Source: Candidatus Micrarchaeota archaeon
GTDB taxonomy: Archaea; Micrarchaeota; Micrarchaeia; Norongarragalinales; SBBD01
Length of the DNA: 64,000 nucleotides
Assembly (NCBI GenBank): GCA_018819225.1
Contig: JAHJQN010000004.1
Coordinates: forward strand, 273,715-337,714
Reading direction: 5' to 3'
Positions 1 to 10,161 of this stretch are shown one piece after another. Positions within the stretch are counted from its first letter, which is position 1. The number at the start of each line of letters is the position of its first letter. The notes below the pieces were generated by a model. The model had not been told where the DNA came from. It saw only the letters and a program-made list of their open reading frames with translations, and made no database searches. The translations under genes and the position numbers were made by a program.

Positions 1-2
1 AT

Positions 3-242
3 TGCAGTGCGAAATACCGTCGGGTTCCGTTGCAAGGCAAGTGTCGGCGTTGTGGAGGAAAAATCCTGTTGACGATCAACAAAGGAGGCATCAAGAAATA
101 TTTGGAACTCTCCAAGACCCTAACGGACACCTATCAACTTCCGCTCTACCTCAAACAACGGCTCCTCCTGATCGAGAAAGAGATTGCAAGCATTTTTGAA
201 GACGAACGTTCCAAGCAGTTTTCATTGGCGGATTATGCATGA
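3..242 (+). CDS. C-terminal fragment of an upstream gene (5' partial); contains C-x2-C ... CRRCGG zinc-ribbon-like cysteines
   Basis: Frame 3 is open from the window edge to the stop at 240-242. It overlaps the next start by 4 nt (ATGA), suggesting an operon with the phosphohexomutase. No recognisable family. Confidence 0.3.
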   Translation, partial: CSAKYRRVPLQGKCRRCGGKILLTINKGGIKKYLELSKTLTDTYQLPLYLKQRLLLIEKEIASIFEDERSKQFSLADYA

Positions 243-1471
243 ACATGTTTAGATCCCTGGACATTCGAGGCCGGTACGCCATCGAGATAACGGAAACGAA
301 TTTTACTCGTTTGGGCGCCGCCTTACCGCCCGGATTCAACCCGCTCATTGCCGGCAGCGATTATCGGCCGCATAACTCGGAATTGTTAAAGGCGTTGGCA
401 GCCGGATACGGACAACCGATCCAATATGTCGGAAACGCGCCTTCTCCGGCCATCGCGTTCCTCAGTCCACATAACGGAATGGCCCTCACGGCGTCTCATA
501 ACCCAGCGAATTACAATGGAGTCAAGTTTTTCCAGCAACAGACCTACGTATCCGAATCGTTCATGGAGGCGTTGAGATCACGGTACGGGCAAATAGCGAC
601 TCCGACCGTTCACCCGCCAAGAATCGAAAACGACATGGATCGCTTGAAAGAATACGAAAAACGATTACCCTCGTTCCAGCAAGGAATCTATGATTTGGCC
701 GGCGGCGCGGTATGCCGAATGAAACACCTCTTTCCTCACGCGTTATTCTCGGAGCCGGACCCGTTATTTGAAAAACACGATCCGGAGCCTAAGAATGAAA
801 CCTTGCAAATGCTCAAAGGGGCGACACGCTCGAAAAATCAAGTCGGGTTCGCATTCGATGGAGATGGCGATCGCGTCATGCTCGTGGATCAAGGTCACGT
901 CATCGAAGGGGATATCACGGCCGCGTTTATCGCGAAACACTTGCTGTCAAAAAATGATCGCGTCGTGCTCAGCATCGATTGCCGGCAGGAAGTCTTCGAG
1001 ATGCTGAAAAAAGAGAATCGTACGGTGATCACATCGAAGGTCGGGGATGCGAACGTACTGCGTTTGGCGCGGAAGCACCGCGCAATATTTTCCGCGGAAC
1101 GCTCTGGACATTATTCCTTCTTGACCCATGCACCGAATTCGGACGGATTGTATGCGGCCGCCCGCTTATCCGATACGAGACCCGGTGAACTCGCCACGTT
1201 CGCTCAAACGTTTCGGAATGTAACCCTCAAAAAAGAAGTGAAAGGACGTTATGATTTTCAAGCCATGAGAGAGAAATTGGAGAAGAACGTCATCGAACTG
1301 AACACGCTAGATGGTCTCAAAGCCGTTTTCGATGAGTTCACGGTTTTGATAAGAGCGTCCACCACCGAAACGAAAGTCCGCATCAACTGCGAGGCCCCAA
1401 ACGCGGAGCAAGCCAAGAAGGGAATGGCATTCGCCCTTCGCATCGTCACCGCGACGAAGAGAAAAGAATAA
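239..1471 (+). CDS. alpha-D-phosphohexomutase (phosphoglucomutase/phosphomannomutase/GlmM family)
   Basis: Active-site Ser loop TASHNP, metal-binding loop FAFDGDGDRVMLVD, 410 aa; typical PGM/PMM layout. Confidence 0.8.
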   Translation: MNMFRSLDIRGRYAIEITETNFTRLGAALPPGFNPLIAGSDYRPHNSELLKALAAGYGQPIQYVGNAPSPAIAFLSPHNGMALTASHNPANYNGVKFFQQQTYVSESFMEALRSRYGQIATPTVHPPRIENDMDRLKEYEKRLPSFQQGIYDLAGGAVCRMKHLFPHALFSEPDPLFEKHDPEPKNETLQMLKGATRSKNQVGFAFDGDGDRVMLVDQGHVIEGDITAAFIAKHLLSKNDRVVLSIDCRQEVFEMLKKENRTVITSKVGDANVLRLARKHRAIFSAERSGHYSFLTHAPNSDGLYAAARLSDTRPGELATFAQTFRNVTLKKEVKGRYDFQAMREKLEKNVIELNTLDGLKAVFDEFTVLIRASTTETKVRINCEAPNAEQAKKGMAFALRIVTATKRKE

Positions 1472-1510
1472 GAAGGCGAAAAGCCTATTCCGCGTTAGGG
1501 GTTCACCGGC

Positions 1511-1966
1511 ATGTATGCGCTACCCGTTTACGGAATACTGGACGTTTTCACCGATTTGAAGTTTGTTCTTCAAGTCATCGTTTTTTCGTACATTTTATTC
1601 TGGCTCTACATGACCTTTCGGGACGTTCAAGTGCTATTCGGACTCGGGGCCATTGTGGCGGCCTATTTTGTTCTTTTGAACCCCATTTCCACGACCGTTT
1701 TACTCGTCTTGTTCTTCGCATTCGTGCTCATGGGAATGCACTTCCAAATGTTGTTCCAATTCGGATTATTCCCCTTGCTCCGGTTCTTTGGAGTGGAAAT
1801 GGAGCATCCCGAAATGGTGGAGCAACAAAAAATGCAGAAAATTGAACAGAAGTTGATGCACGGCCAAGAACTCTCTGCCGATGAAGTGTCGTTCCTGGAA
1901 AAGAGCCAGAGAAAACAAATGGATTACCAGAAGAATATGCAGCAATACATGAGGCCGCCCACATGA
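1511..1966 (+). CDS. small membrane protein, hypothetical
   Basis: Several predicted TM segments plus a charged coiled C-terminus. First of three tightly packed small membrane ORFs; the 1963 start overlaps the 1966 stop. Confidence 0.4.
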   Translation: MYALPVYGILDVFTDLKFVLQVIVFSYILFWLYMTFRDVQVLFGLGAIVAAYFVLLNPISTTVLLVLFFAFVLMGMHFQMLFQFGLFPLLRFFGVEMEHPEMVEQQKMQKIEQKLMHGQELSADEVSFLEKSQRKQMDYQKNMQQYMRPPT

Positions 1967-2238
1967 TCCAATCAATAATCGCCGCCGGCTTTCTGGAATG
2001 GATCCAGTACTTATGGTGGTTGTGGTTGTTCATCGTGGCATGGTTCTTCTACAACTGGGCCCGAGAACATCTAGCGTTCTCGCCGATATTGACTCTCGCA
2101 GTGGCCGCCATATTGATTTTTTATTTGGTGATCGAACACCCCATTTTCGGCTCGATGACCTTGCTGGGGTGGACCTTATTATCCTCGGGAATCCTGTATT
2201 TATTGCCGTTATTCCTCCCGATGTTCAAAAAACGATGA
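1963..2238 (+). CDS. small membrane protein, hypothetical
   Basis: 91 aa, two or three hydrophobic helices, translationally coupled to its neighbours. Confidence 0.4.
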   Translation: MIQSIIAAGFLEWIQYLWWLWLFIVAWFFYNWAREHLAFSPILTLAVAAILIFYLVIEHPIFGSMTLLGWTLLSSGILYLLPLFLPMFKKR

Positions 2239-2254
2239 TATCGAAGGTGATGAT

Positions 2255-2605
2255 ATGAGTTTCAAAGAGTTCGTGAAAGCGTATAAGTACATCCACAAAA
2301 CCCGCGCGTCATGGTATCATCTGCAATGGAGATTGTTTGCGATCGTCGTCGCTGCCGCAGCCATCGGGCTCATCCACAATTACTTGTTCTTCAAGTTCAA
2401 CATCTTCTTGCCCGAGTATGGCGCCTTCCTGGGCGAACGCTTCTTTTACTGGTTCATGCTCGGCATCCTCTTCGGAATCGTGACCGTGGCCGCTGTATTC
2501 GAAGGCGAATTCATGCTCGGCGTACGTCGCGTCGCAAAAGAAGTGGAATCCGAAGCCCGGCAGGAATTCAAGAAACCGATTCGAAAACGCCGACAACGCA
2601 GGTAA
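2255..2605 (+). CDS. small membrane protein, hypothetical
   Basis: 116 aa, two TM helices, basic C-terminal tail (KKPIRKRRQRR). Confidence 0.4.
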   Translation: MSFKEFVKAYKYIHKTRASWYHLQWRLFAIVVAAAAIGLIHNYLFFKFNIFLPEYGAFLGERFFYWFMLGILFGIVTVAAVFEGEFMLGVRRVAKEVESEARQEFKKPIRKRRQRR

Positions 2606-2700
2606 CGCGTTTTTAAAGAGCGAATCGCATAATAGGTTCAGAGAGGAGTGACCTCAAACCGCTGGTTCTTGCAAAAGAACCGGAAGGAGGAGATGCCCAT

Positions 2701-3864
2701 ATGGCCGTACAGTTTGAACTCGACGACGACAAGTTACTAGTCAAAGACCTCATTTCCGTGCAAGCCCTTGACCGCGGATACTTTGGAACCGATTTTCAAG
2801 GTAAAAAAAATTTGCTCGAACTCATTCCAGAGGAAGCCTTGTACCTGATGGACGTACGCAATGCGATCTGCCTGAAAAAAAAGCGAAAAATTTCATTTAA
2901 CCAAGTCGCCCGAAGACACAACAAGGAAAAGAAGTTTCTGGCACGATACTTTTGTTACAAGGATTGGCGCGATCGCGGCATCATTGCCCGACGAATTGAT
3001 CGCACGGACACCGAATACGGAAGAAGTCCCGTGGTCAAGTACCCATCGAAAGAATTCCTTCCACTACGCATCCACGCCAAGGCGATGTTCTTCTCCGACG
3101 ATCTCATGGCCATCATTGATGACGAAACCGAAGGTCAGCGGGTCTATGAAGAACGATGGTTCGGACAATACGGAACCTATAAAGCCAAAAAGCACGGCCG
3201 ATTTTTGAAACTGGATGCGTACGAAACCTTGTTTCTCATCAAGCACGCCGGATTGAAAACCAATGTCAGTGAAACGCAATTGATTCGAGCCTGCCAAAAA
3301 CGACGAAAAGACTTTCTCGCGCTCTATGAAGTGTTTGAAGACTGGCGTCTGCGTTCATTCGTACTCAAAACGGGTTTCAAGTTCGGAACGCATTTTCGCC
3401 TATATTTTCCGGGCGCATCCCCGAAACTAGGCAATGAAGAGTGGATGCATAGCAAGCACGTCATTCACGTGTTCCCTCGCGAAAATAAGATGTTAATTAG
3501 CGAATGGGCCCGCGCCATACGGGTGGCACACGGCGTCAAAAAAACGTTTATTCTCGCGATACCGGGGGTGAAAACTGAAAAACCAGCGGAAGTCGATTTC
3601 TTGTTGTACCACCGCAAGAAAGGCGGCCTCATCGAAAACCCAAAACAGGATTCCCCGAAATTTGTTATGCTTGCTTTGAGCGAAGAAGAAGAAATTGGAG
3701 GAGAAGAATTGGCGCAAGCCATTGAAAAATCTAAGGGAATGGGGTTGGATCTCATGCTCGCGATCTGCGACCGAGAAACCGCCATAACCTACTATCGAGT
3801 GAAGCGCGTCGAGCTCCCGAAAAGCAAGTACGAGTACTATGAGATTGAATGGAAGCAACCCTAA
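2701..3864 (+). CDS. endA: tRNA-splicing endonuclease, three-unit (epsilon2-like) fused form
   Basis: Two segments align to the M. jannaschii EndA catalytic domain: YFCYKDWRDRGIIA, and LYEVFEDWRLRSFVLKTGFKFGTHFRLYFPG...HSKHVIHVFP...WARAIRVAHGVKKTFILAIP with Tyr/His/Lys catalytic positions. A third C-terminal unit has LAICDRETAITYYRVKRV. Preceded by a GGAGGAG RBS. Confidence 0.75.
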   Translation: MAVQFELDDDKLLVKDLISVQALDRGYFGTDFQGKKNLLELIPEEALYLMDVRNAICLKKKRKISFNQVARRHNKEKKFLARYFCYKDWRDRGIIARRIDRTDTEYGRSPVVKYPSKEFLPLRIHAKAMFFSDDLMAIIDDETEGQRVYEERWFGQYGTYKAKKHGRFLKLDAYETLFLIKHAGLKTNVSETQLIRACQKRRKDFLALYEVFEDWRLRSFVLKTGFKFGTHFRLYFPGASPKLGNEEWMHSKHVIHVFPRENKMLISEWARAIRVAHGVKKTFILAIPGVKTEKPAEVDFLLYHRKKGGLIENPKQDSPKFVMLALSEEEEIGGEELAQAIEKSKGMGLDLMLAICDRETAITYYRVKRVELPKSKYEYYEIEWKQP

Positions 3865-3880
3865 TCCGAACGCATCCGAC

Positions 3881-4741
3881 TTACATGCGTCTCGAGATGT
3901 AAAACCCTCCGATCAAAATGATGAGGACGCCTACGGCTTGCTCGACGGAAAGCCATTCATTGAACCAAACCATTGAAAAGAACGCCGTTATAACGGGGGC
4001 TAACATGAGGAACGTCGATGAAAGAGTCGCCCCCGCGGTTTCAATGGATTTGAGGATGAAAAAAGAGGAAAGGAACACGAAAAATCCTAACAGAACGATC
4101 CATTCGAATGCCTCGAACGGAAACGCCCATTGATTCCAAAGAATCGCTGCGAGTAACAGAAAAAGGGTGCCGAAGAGAACGCGACCCGCAATGATGAGTT
4201 GAATGGAGACGCGCTCATTCAATCGTTTAACATACACGTTCGTAAAACCCACGATTCCCCCGGAAATGACGACGAGTATATCGCCGAAATTCGGAATAAA
4301 GAATTGACCATTCGTGGAAACCAAGAACATGCCGATCACCATGACACCAAAAACAATCGCAAACGCTTTCGGAAGACGCTCTTTCAAGAAAAGATATCCG
4401 AACCAAGCGGTAAAGATGGCCACGAAAGCCTGTGAGAGACCTAAACTGACGGTAGAGGTCAACGTTAAGGCGTAGAGTTGGAGAAGAATCGTAATCCCCC
4501 CTGCAAGAATTCCAACCAGGATCAAATCCCGCCAGTCCGTTAACGTGAGACGGTGCACCGACGCATTCATCAAGAAGAGAGGAATCGATAGAATGGAGGC
4601 CACCAATGCCATGTACAACGAGATCGAAAAAAAGTCTGCTCCCGTTCGAAGAGCAAACCGCTGAATAATAAACGAAAAACCGAGGAAAAAAGAAGCCAGA
4701 AAGAGGTAAAATAATGTGCGGGAATTCACGAAAAATTTCAC
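3881..4741 (-). CDS. DMT-superfamily (EamA-like) transporter
   Basis: 286 aa, about 10 TM helices in two repeated halves, typical EamA topology. Confidence 0.55.
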   Translation of the reverse strand: MKFFVNSRTLFYLFLASFFLGFSFIIQRFALRTGADFFSISLYMALVASILSIPLFLMNASVHRLTLTDWRDLILVGILAGGITILLQLYALTLTSTVSLGLSQAFVAIFTAWFGYLFLKERLPKAFAIVFGVMVIGMFLVSTNGQFFIPNFGDILVVISGGIVGFTNVYVKRLNERVSIQLIIAGRVLFGTLFLLLAAILWNQWAFPFEAFEWIVLLGFFVFLSSFFILKSIETAGATLSSTFLMLAPVITAFFSMVWFNEWLSVEQAVGVLIILIGGFYISRRM

Positions 4742-4753
4742 CTCCCGAATGAA

Positions 4754-6109
4754 TTATTTCTCGTGACGCAAAGCGTTCATATGGTTCACGCGTTTTTGAA
4801 CGAGCGCCGTAGTTCCAATGTCTTTCCGATGCGTGACCGGACCCTTGATACGTCGCACGGCTTCCTCCGCAATGCGTTCCGCATCTTCCAGCTTATCGGC
4901 AATGCCCACGCACGCGATGGCCCGAGAGGCGCCCATGCGCAACTGAAGGGCATCCGAACCATCCAAGGATTCCACGGAACCCAAATAGACTTTCAGCTTC
5001 CCGCCCAATTCGTTCTCGTATGCACGAAGACTCGAAATATCGATGATTTCCCCTTTTTTGGGCTTCAACGGATACCCTTCCGGAACCGCGTACTTGCATA
5101 CCGTCGCTTTCTGCGCAAACTCAAGCTTTACGTCACGCAAACGCTCGTGCACGATCGCATCCATCACTTCCACAAAATCCGATTTAATTAATGGAAGAAT
5201 ATTCATCACTTCCGGATCGCCGAAACGGACGTTGTACTCGATGAGCTTCACCCCTTCCACGGTCAACATGAACCCCCCGTACATAATGCCCTTGAACCGA
5301 ATCCCCGTCTCCTTGAAAATGGCTTCAGCCACCTCCTGCGTAATTCGTTTAGCGGTTTCCAAATCCGATGCTGAAACAAAAGGCAGCAAGTGGTTTTGCA
5401 TGCTGTATGAACCCATACCGCCCGTATTCGGTCCCGTATCATCTTCAAACGCCCGCTTGTGATCCTGGGCAATCGGAGAGGGAATAACGGTCTTGCCGTC
5501 CGTAAAGAATTGAACGCTAAACTCTTCACCCTCCAGTTTCTCCTCTAAAACCACTTTCGAACCCTGATCCAACAATTGTTGACAATACGTTTTGGCATCC
5601 TCGACGCCTTTCAAGTGATCGCCCAAAACCTTCACGCCCTTTCCACCCGTCAACCCGTCGGGTTTGACCACGAACTTTCCAAGGTCGATCAAATAATCTT
5701 CCACGCCGTCCATTGAATCAAACACGTGATACTCGAGGCTGCCTTCAATGTCGTATTTTTTTAATAGGTTTCGCATGAATGACTTGCTGCTTTCTAAACG
5801 AGCATTCGTTTTTAACGGACCCGCACACGGAACGCCCACTTCATTCAATGCGTCTACCACACCCGCAGCCAGGGGCGCTTCCGGACTAATCACAGCCAGA
5901 TCCGGCGTCACTTCCCGAGCGAATCGTTGAATGGCTTCCAGGTCATTGGCGCGTCCCACGACATGATTTTTTGAACGGGCAATCACCGACGGATTCGCAT
6001 GGGAAAGGTAACTGAATAGAGCCGTATTTTTACATCGGGAAATGGCTTCAGCCAAACAGTCCGCCCGAGCCGTACTGCCTAACGCAATCAATAACACGTT
6101 CCTCGTCAT
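4754..6109 (-). CDS. purD: phosphoribosylamine--glycine ligase
   Basis: ATP-grasp protein with [23 protein letters not shown], which matches E. coli PurD [23 protein letters not shown]. The likely start is [12 protein letters not shown] at 6109; the ORF track extends to 6124. Confidence 0.9.
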   Translation of the reverse strand: [451 protein letters not shown]

Positions 6110-6138
6110 TCCAAATCCCCTCAACCCAAATCAACGAC

Positions 6139-6456
6139 TCAACTGAAAATGCTTCCAAAACCCGCTGCAGCCGATCCTTCATCGGAATCCAGTTTCATCA
6201 ACACCGTCTCGCGATCGCTTCCATCCAATACCTTGAGAGATTCAATAGGCTTCAATGCCTCCAACAATTTTTTTTCCCTCGCTCCATCATCGCATTGAAA
6301 AACCAGTACGTAATTGCCGCCCTTCAAACCCAGACGATTGCTTTCTCGAAGCGTATACCCCACGCGACTGAACGAGTCAGCCCCATACGGATTCTCCTCG
6401 AGCAATTTCTTCAGGCTCTTGTAATCCGATCCTTCAACCAGGAAGACCCGCTTCAT
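6139..6456 (-). CDS. hypothetical protein (105 aa)
   Basis: ORF adjacent to purD; no family recognised. Confidence 0.35.
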   Translation of the reverse strand: MKRVFLVEGSDYKSLKKLLEENPYGADSFSRVGYTLRESNRLGLKGGNYVLVFQCDDGAREKKLLEALKPIESLKVLDGSDRETVLMKLDSDEGSAAAGFGSIFS

Positions 6457-6465
6457 AGTCCGTCA

Positions 6466-7416
6466 TCACGCTCGCTTCGATCTAACAACGCGCTTGACCT
6501 TCACCAAACCCTTCTCCTGCAACATGACATGGTAAACGTGCAACACCGCAAGAATAACGGAGAGGGTATACAAGGGGCCGGTGATCATCCCAAAACCTTG
6601 TTGTAACAAGACGCCGATTCCCGCCATTCCCACCGTTGACATGAAAACTCGAATACCCCAAAACAGTGCATTAGGAATAAGCAATACGAGGGCAATGAGC
6701 ACATAAACGGTTAGGCTGGCGCCCACGATTCGCGCGAACACCCCTAGTACCCGGCCCTGCGTCAACTTCCACGATACGGATAGTGCTTCGGAAACAGAGA
6801 GATCTTCATGCGCAAATGCGTACATGGAGAGACTCAAACGAACCGACATATAGTAAACAATAAGGAGGTACACGAACATCAACATGAAGCCCAAAAATAG
6901 GGTGAATAGGTTCCAGCTCCCCATACCAATTCCTAACAACATCGCGGACACAACGCCGAGCAATAAATACGTCTTGTCCCGCCAGCAAAAAACGGCTTGT
7001 AAAAAGGCAACGATGCCGACAAAAATAAATGAGAGGACTTTCCGCGGAGTCACATGAATGGCCGACAATTGTTTCTTTCGAAGACCGTACGTCATAATAT
7101 ACAAGGAAAGGTACGAAATGGCGAAATAATACAATAAGCCGATTAATACTCCAACGAAAAGAATGCCGAAAATGACTCCCACGAGTCCCGCCATATTAGA
7201 ACCCGTAAAGAAATGCGTCCAATACGAGATATCCGAGAATAGCGCGACATGAATACCGATCGCAGCAGCAAACGCGAGAACGGCTCCGAACACCAAGCCG
7301 AACAAAAGAATTTGAGCCAGAATCAACGCCAAATAATACTTCCAGACCTCGATATCACGAATCCACGAAAACCCGAAACGGACGCTGTCCATCACATCCT
7401 GCAAGAAATCTCCCAT
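6466..7416 (-). CDS. polytopic membrane protein, hypothetical
   Basis: 316 aa, at least 8 hydrophobic helices. Confidence 0.5.
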   Translation of the reverse strand: MGDFLQDVMDSVRFGFSWIRDIEVWKYYLALILAQILLFGLVFGAVLAFAAAIGIHVALFSDISYWTHFFTGSNMAGLVGVIFGILFVGVLIGLLYYFAISYLSLYIMTYGLRKKQLSAIHVTPRKVLSFIFVGIVAFLQAVFCWRDKTYLLLGVVSAMLLGIGMGSWNLFTLFLGFMLMFVYLLIVYYMSVRLSLSMYAFAHEDLSVSEALSVSWKLTQGRVLGVFARIVGASLTVYVLIALVLLIPNALFWGIRVFMSTVGMAGIGVLLQQGFGMITGPLYTLSVILAVLHVYHVMLQEKGLVKVKRVVRSKRA

Positions 7417-7422
7417 AAACCC

Positions 7423-8523
7423 TCACCACCAATACGCGAGTTTTTTCAACCCCGTGATTTCAGACGTCCCCCTTCCCGCGTAATGACGCCCCCTAAACTC
7501 GACGCGCGCTTCATTCGGGAACGCCGCATAATCGATATCGGCCGAGCGCACCTTCAAAGGACTTAACAACGTGACGCCCTTAATTAATCTTTTCTTGGGT
7601 GCATGCAAAGCCGTCGCTTGAATGCGCAAATGACCATCCGGAGTCGAAGCCGAAATATGAGGTTTTCGTCGCACGTGACTCTCAGTACTCGTCGCATCGC
7701 CAAACAAGTGAAAGGCCCCGCTCATCAAATCCACGACGTAGACTTGATAATTAATGGGTATCCGCGTCTTCTGCAGTTCAACAAAAAACTTCATGAGACC
7801 CACAAACTTCGGATTCCCCTTACCCAACGTCGGTACGCAATAGAAAATGTTCCAGTTCCATCCCGCCGAAAACAAGGGCAACGCAATATGAACCATTTCC
7901 GTGTACGCAAACGGCGACTCCAACCACTTTCCATTAATGCATTCCAATTCCGGGGGCAGGCGAACCGAGTTCGGTTGTCCTTCAATATCTAAACGCATGC
8001 GGGCCTTCAACGGATATAATACCCAACTGGCGAGCACCTGATTAAACACCGTAAACACGCACCGATAATTCCCGATTTTGCGACGAATCCGAGAGAAATC
8101 GTATTGAAACACCAGATCCGCCTTCTTTCGCTTGACCACGAACCGAACCTTCGACTGCAACGCATTGAATCGCCATCGCAGTTCCCGCTCGGAATCGGAA
8201 ACGAGCGCTTCCCGGGGATAGAACCGGGATTTGCACGAACCCTCTCCAAACAACCACGTCTTTTTCCCGCTGCGAAGCTCATGAAATAAATAATTTTGGT
8301 GTTCATCAAACGCCAGACCAATAAACGATTGAAGAACCTCTGCTCCAAAATAGCCGTACAACCAACCTCGCTCGAAAGCCGTTGACGAACCCTGAAACAG
8401 TTTTTCCTTTGAAAAAAAGGAAGAGAACACGGCATGCTTGGGATCGTGCGGAGGCACGCGCCGCACCCCCCGCTTACGCCCATCAAAATAAAATTCGAAA
8501 ATGTCTTGATTGCTTCCCTTCAT
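7423..8523 (-). CDS. hypothetical protein (366 aa)
   Basis: Long ORF whose stop overlaps the ELP3 start by 4 nt; no motif recognised. Confidence 0.45.
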   Translation of the reverse strand: MKGSNQDIFEFYFDGRKRGVRRVPPHDPKHAVFSSFFSKEKLFQGSSTAFERGWLYGYFGAEVLQSFIGLAFDEHQNYLFHELRSGKKTWLFGEGSCKSRFYPREALVSDSERELRWRFNALQSKVRFVVKRKKADLVFQYDFSRIRRKIGNYRCVFTVFNQVLASWVLYPLKARMRLDIEGQPNSVRLPPELECINGKWLESPFAYTEMVHIALPLFSAGWNWNIFYCVPTLGKGNPKFVGLMKFFVELQKTRIPINYQVYVVDLMSGAFHLFGDATSTESHVRRKPHISASTPDGHLRIQATALHAPKKRLIKGVTLLSPLKVRSADIDYAAFPNEARVEFRGRHYAGRGTSEITGLKKLAYWW

Positions 8524-10121
8524 GCTAATCGCTTCCCCATGTACACGCCGTCGCGAGCATACCCCCGAGAACGGTAATACTCGCGAACGCCCACCCCCGA
8601 AATCACCAGCATTTTGCGCGCATCGAATTCCTCTCGGGCCGTACGTTCCGCTTCGGCCAGAAGTCGCGAGCCCAATCCATCGTGTTGAACGCGAGAAAAA
8701 TGAGAGGAACGCTCACGGCTACCGATGCGCAACGGCTCTCCGTACACGTGCAATTCACGAATCCCTACGGTATTCTCCGTAATCTCCGGACGGAAAGGAG
8801 CTGCCGGAACGCGCAACCGAAGAAAACCAAGCAGCGCATCCGCAGAGCCATCCTCAAAACTCAAAAAAACTTCGCGCCCACCGGAAGCCGCATAATCGCG
8901 GCGAACCAGTTTGGCATGAAGAGAATTGACGTCGACATTCTCCTTTAACATCTTCAAGCCCGCTTCCCGGCAGCGAATACATCGGCAGGAAACGCCTTTC
9001 TGTTTCAAGTTTTGGAATATGAGCTCCCGCAAATTACTTTTTTTTACGCCATCCACAATCAAGTTCGCCGGAATGTCTCGGTTCACGCGCATGATACGGC
9101 AGTATTCCGGAACAAACCGCTTGCCTTCCGCAATGACTTCCGCCGCTTCTTCCGAAGTGTACGGGGTATACGCCCCCTTACGCCACAATTCATATAAAGG
9201 AGTTTGAGGCATGACGAGCGTCGGATAAATTTTAAGCATATCCGGTTGAAACCGTTCATCGTCAAACAATTGTTTCGCATCCGAAAGATCTTGGCGACGA
9301 TCCGCAAATAATCCGGGCATCATATGAAAACAAATCTTCAAAAACGAATCCTTGAGTCGAGCCGTTGCATCCACGACCGCCTGCAAATCATGACCCCGGC
9401 CACTTTTCTTCAATACCTCATCCGACAGCGATTGGACTCCCATTTCGATACGCGTCGCACCAAAATCAAGCAGGGAAGAAACTTGCTCCGGGGCACAATG
9501 ATCGGGACGCGTCTCAAAGGTTAACCCCACGAGGCGGTGTTCCGCGTTTTCATTCACGGTTTGAGCATGCTCAATCGATGGCGACTGCGAGGTATTCAGG
9601 GCGTTATACATGCCTAAGACAAACTGACGCTGGTAATCGTCAGGAAGCGCGTTAAACGTCCCCCCTTGCACAATCAACTCGCATTTCTCGGTGTGGTGAC
9701 CCAATAAAGAAAACTGGTGCAACCGCGCCGAAACCATTTGGTACGCATCATAATTATTTTGAGCGGCTCGTCGAGCCGCCGGTTCCTTGCCCGTATAACT
9801 TTTCGGCGAATTAAACGCCGGTCCGCCGGGACAATAAATGCAACGACCCGGACACGGCATCGGAGCCGTCATAATCGCGATATTGCTTATCCCGGAAAGC
9901 GCCCGAACATGCTTGGATTTCAATGTTTTTTGAAGTTCCGCAGGCAAGCGTCCTTCCCGCTCTTGAATCCATTCCACGACCTGCGGATTCTTGATCACTT
10001 GAGGAAGCTGGTGCTTACTTGCCAACCGGTTTTTCAATTGCTGGACCTGTCGGGGACTCAGGAGAGGATTGCGCTTGAGCTCCGAATATAAGTCTTGCAT
10101 GAAGACGTCTTTGGCGTTCAC
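8520..10121 (-). CDS. elp3: ELP3-family radical-SAM / GNAT acetyltransferase (tRNA U34 carboxymethyluridine synthase homologue)
   Basis: Radical-SAM cysteine cluster (PCPGRCIYCPGGP) plus a C-terminal GNAT fold (QHDGLGSRLLAEAER...GYARDGVYMGK); 533 aa. Confidence 0.85.
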   Translation of the reverse strand: MNAKDVFMQDLYSELKRNPLLSPRQVQQLKNRLASKHQLPQVIKNPQVVEWIQEREGRLPAELQKTLKSKHVRALSGISNIAIMTAPMPCPGRCIYCPGGPAFNSPKSYTGKEPAARRAAQNNYDAYQMVSARLHQFSLLGHHTEKCELIVQGGTFNALPDDYQRQFVLGMYNALNTSQSPSIEHAQTVNENAEHRLVGLTFETRPDHCAPEQVSSLLDFGATRIEMGVQSLSDEVLKKSGRGHDLQAVVDATARLKDSFLKICFHMMPGLFADRRQDLSDAKQLFDDERFQPDMLKIYPTLVMPQTPLYELWRKGAYTPYTSEEAAEVIAEGKRFVPEYCRIMRVNRDIPANLIVDGVKKSNLRELIFQNLKQKGVSCRCIRCREAGLKMLKENVDVNSLHAKLVRRDYAASGGREVFLSFEDGSADALLGFLRLRVPAAPFRPEITENTVGIRELHVYGEPLRIGSRERSSHFSRVQHDGLGSRLLAEAERTAREEFDARKMLVISGVGVREYYRSRGYARDGVYMGKRLA

Positions 10122-10161
10122 AGATAACTCCCATTAAGCCCGTTGACTCGACGCAAGACAT

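Noticed and set aside
6139-6456. Considered aEF-1beta or PurS for the 105 aa ORF next to purD
   Set aside because: Neither consensus aligns convincingly by eye; left as hypothetical.
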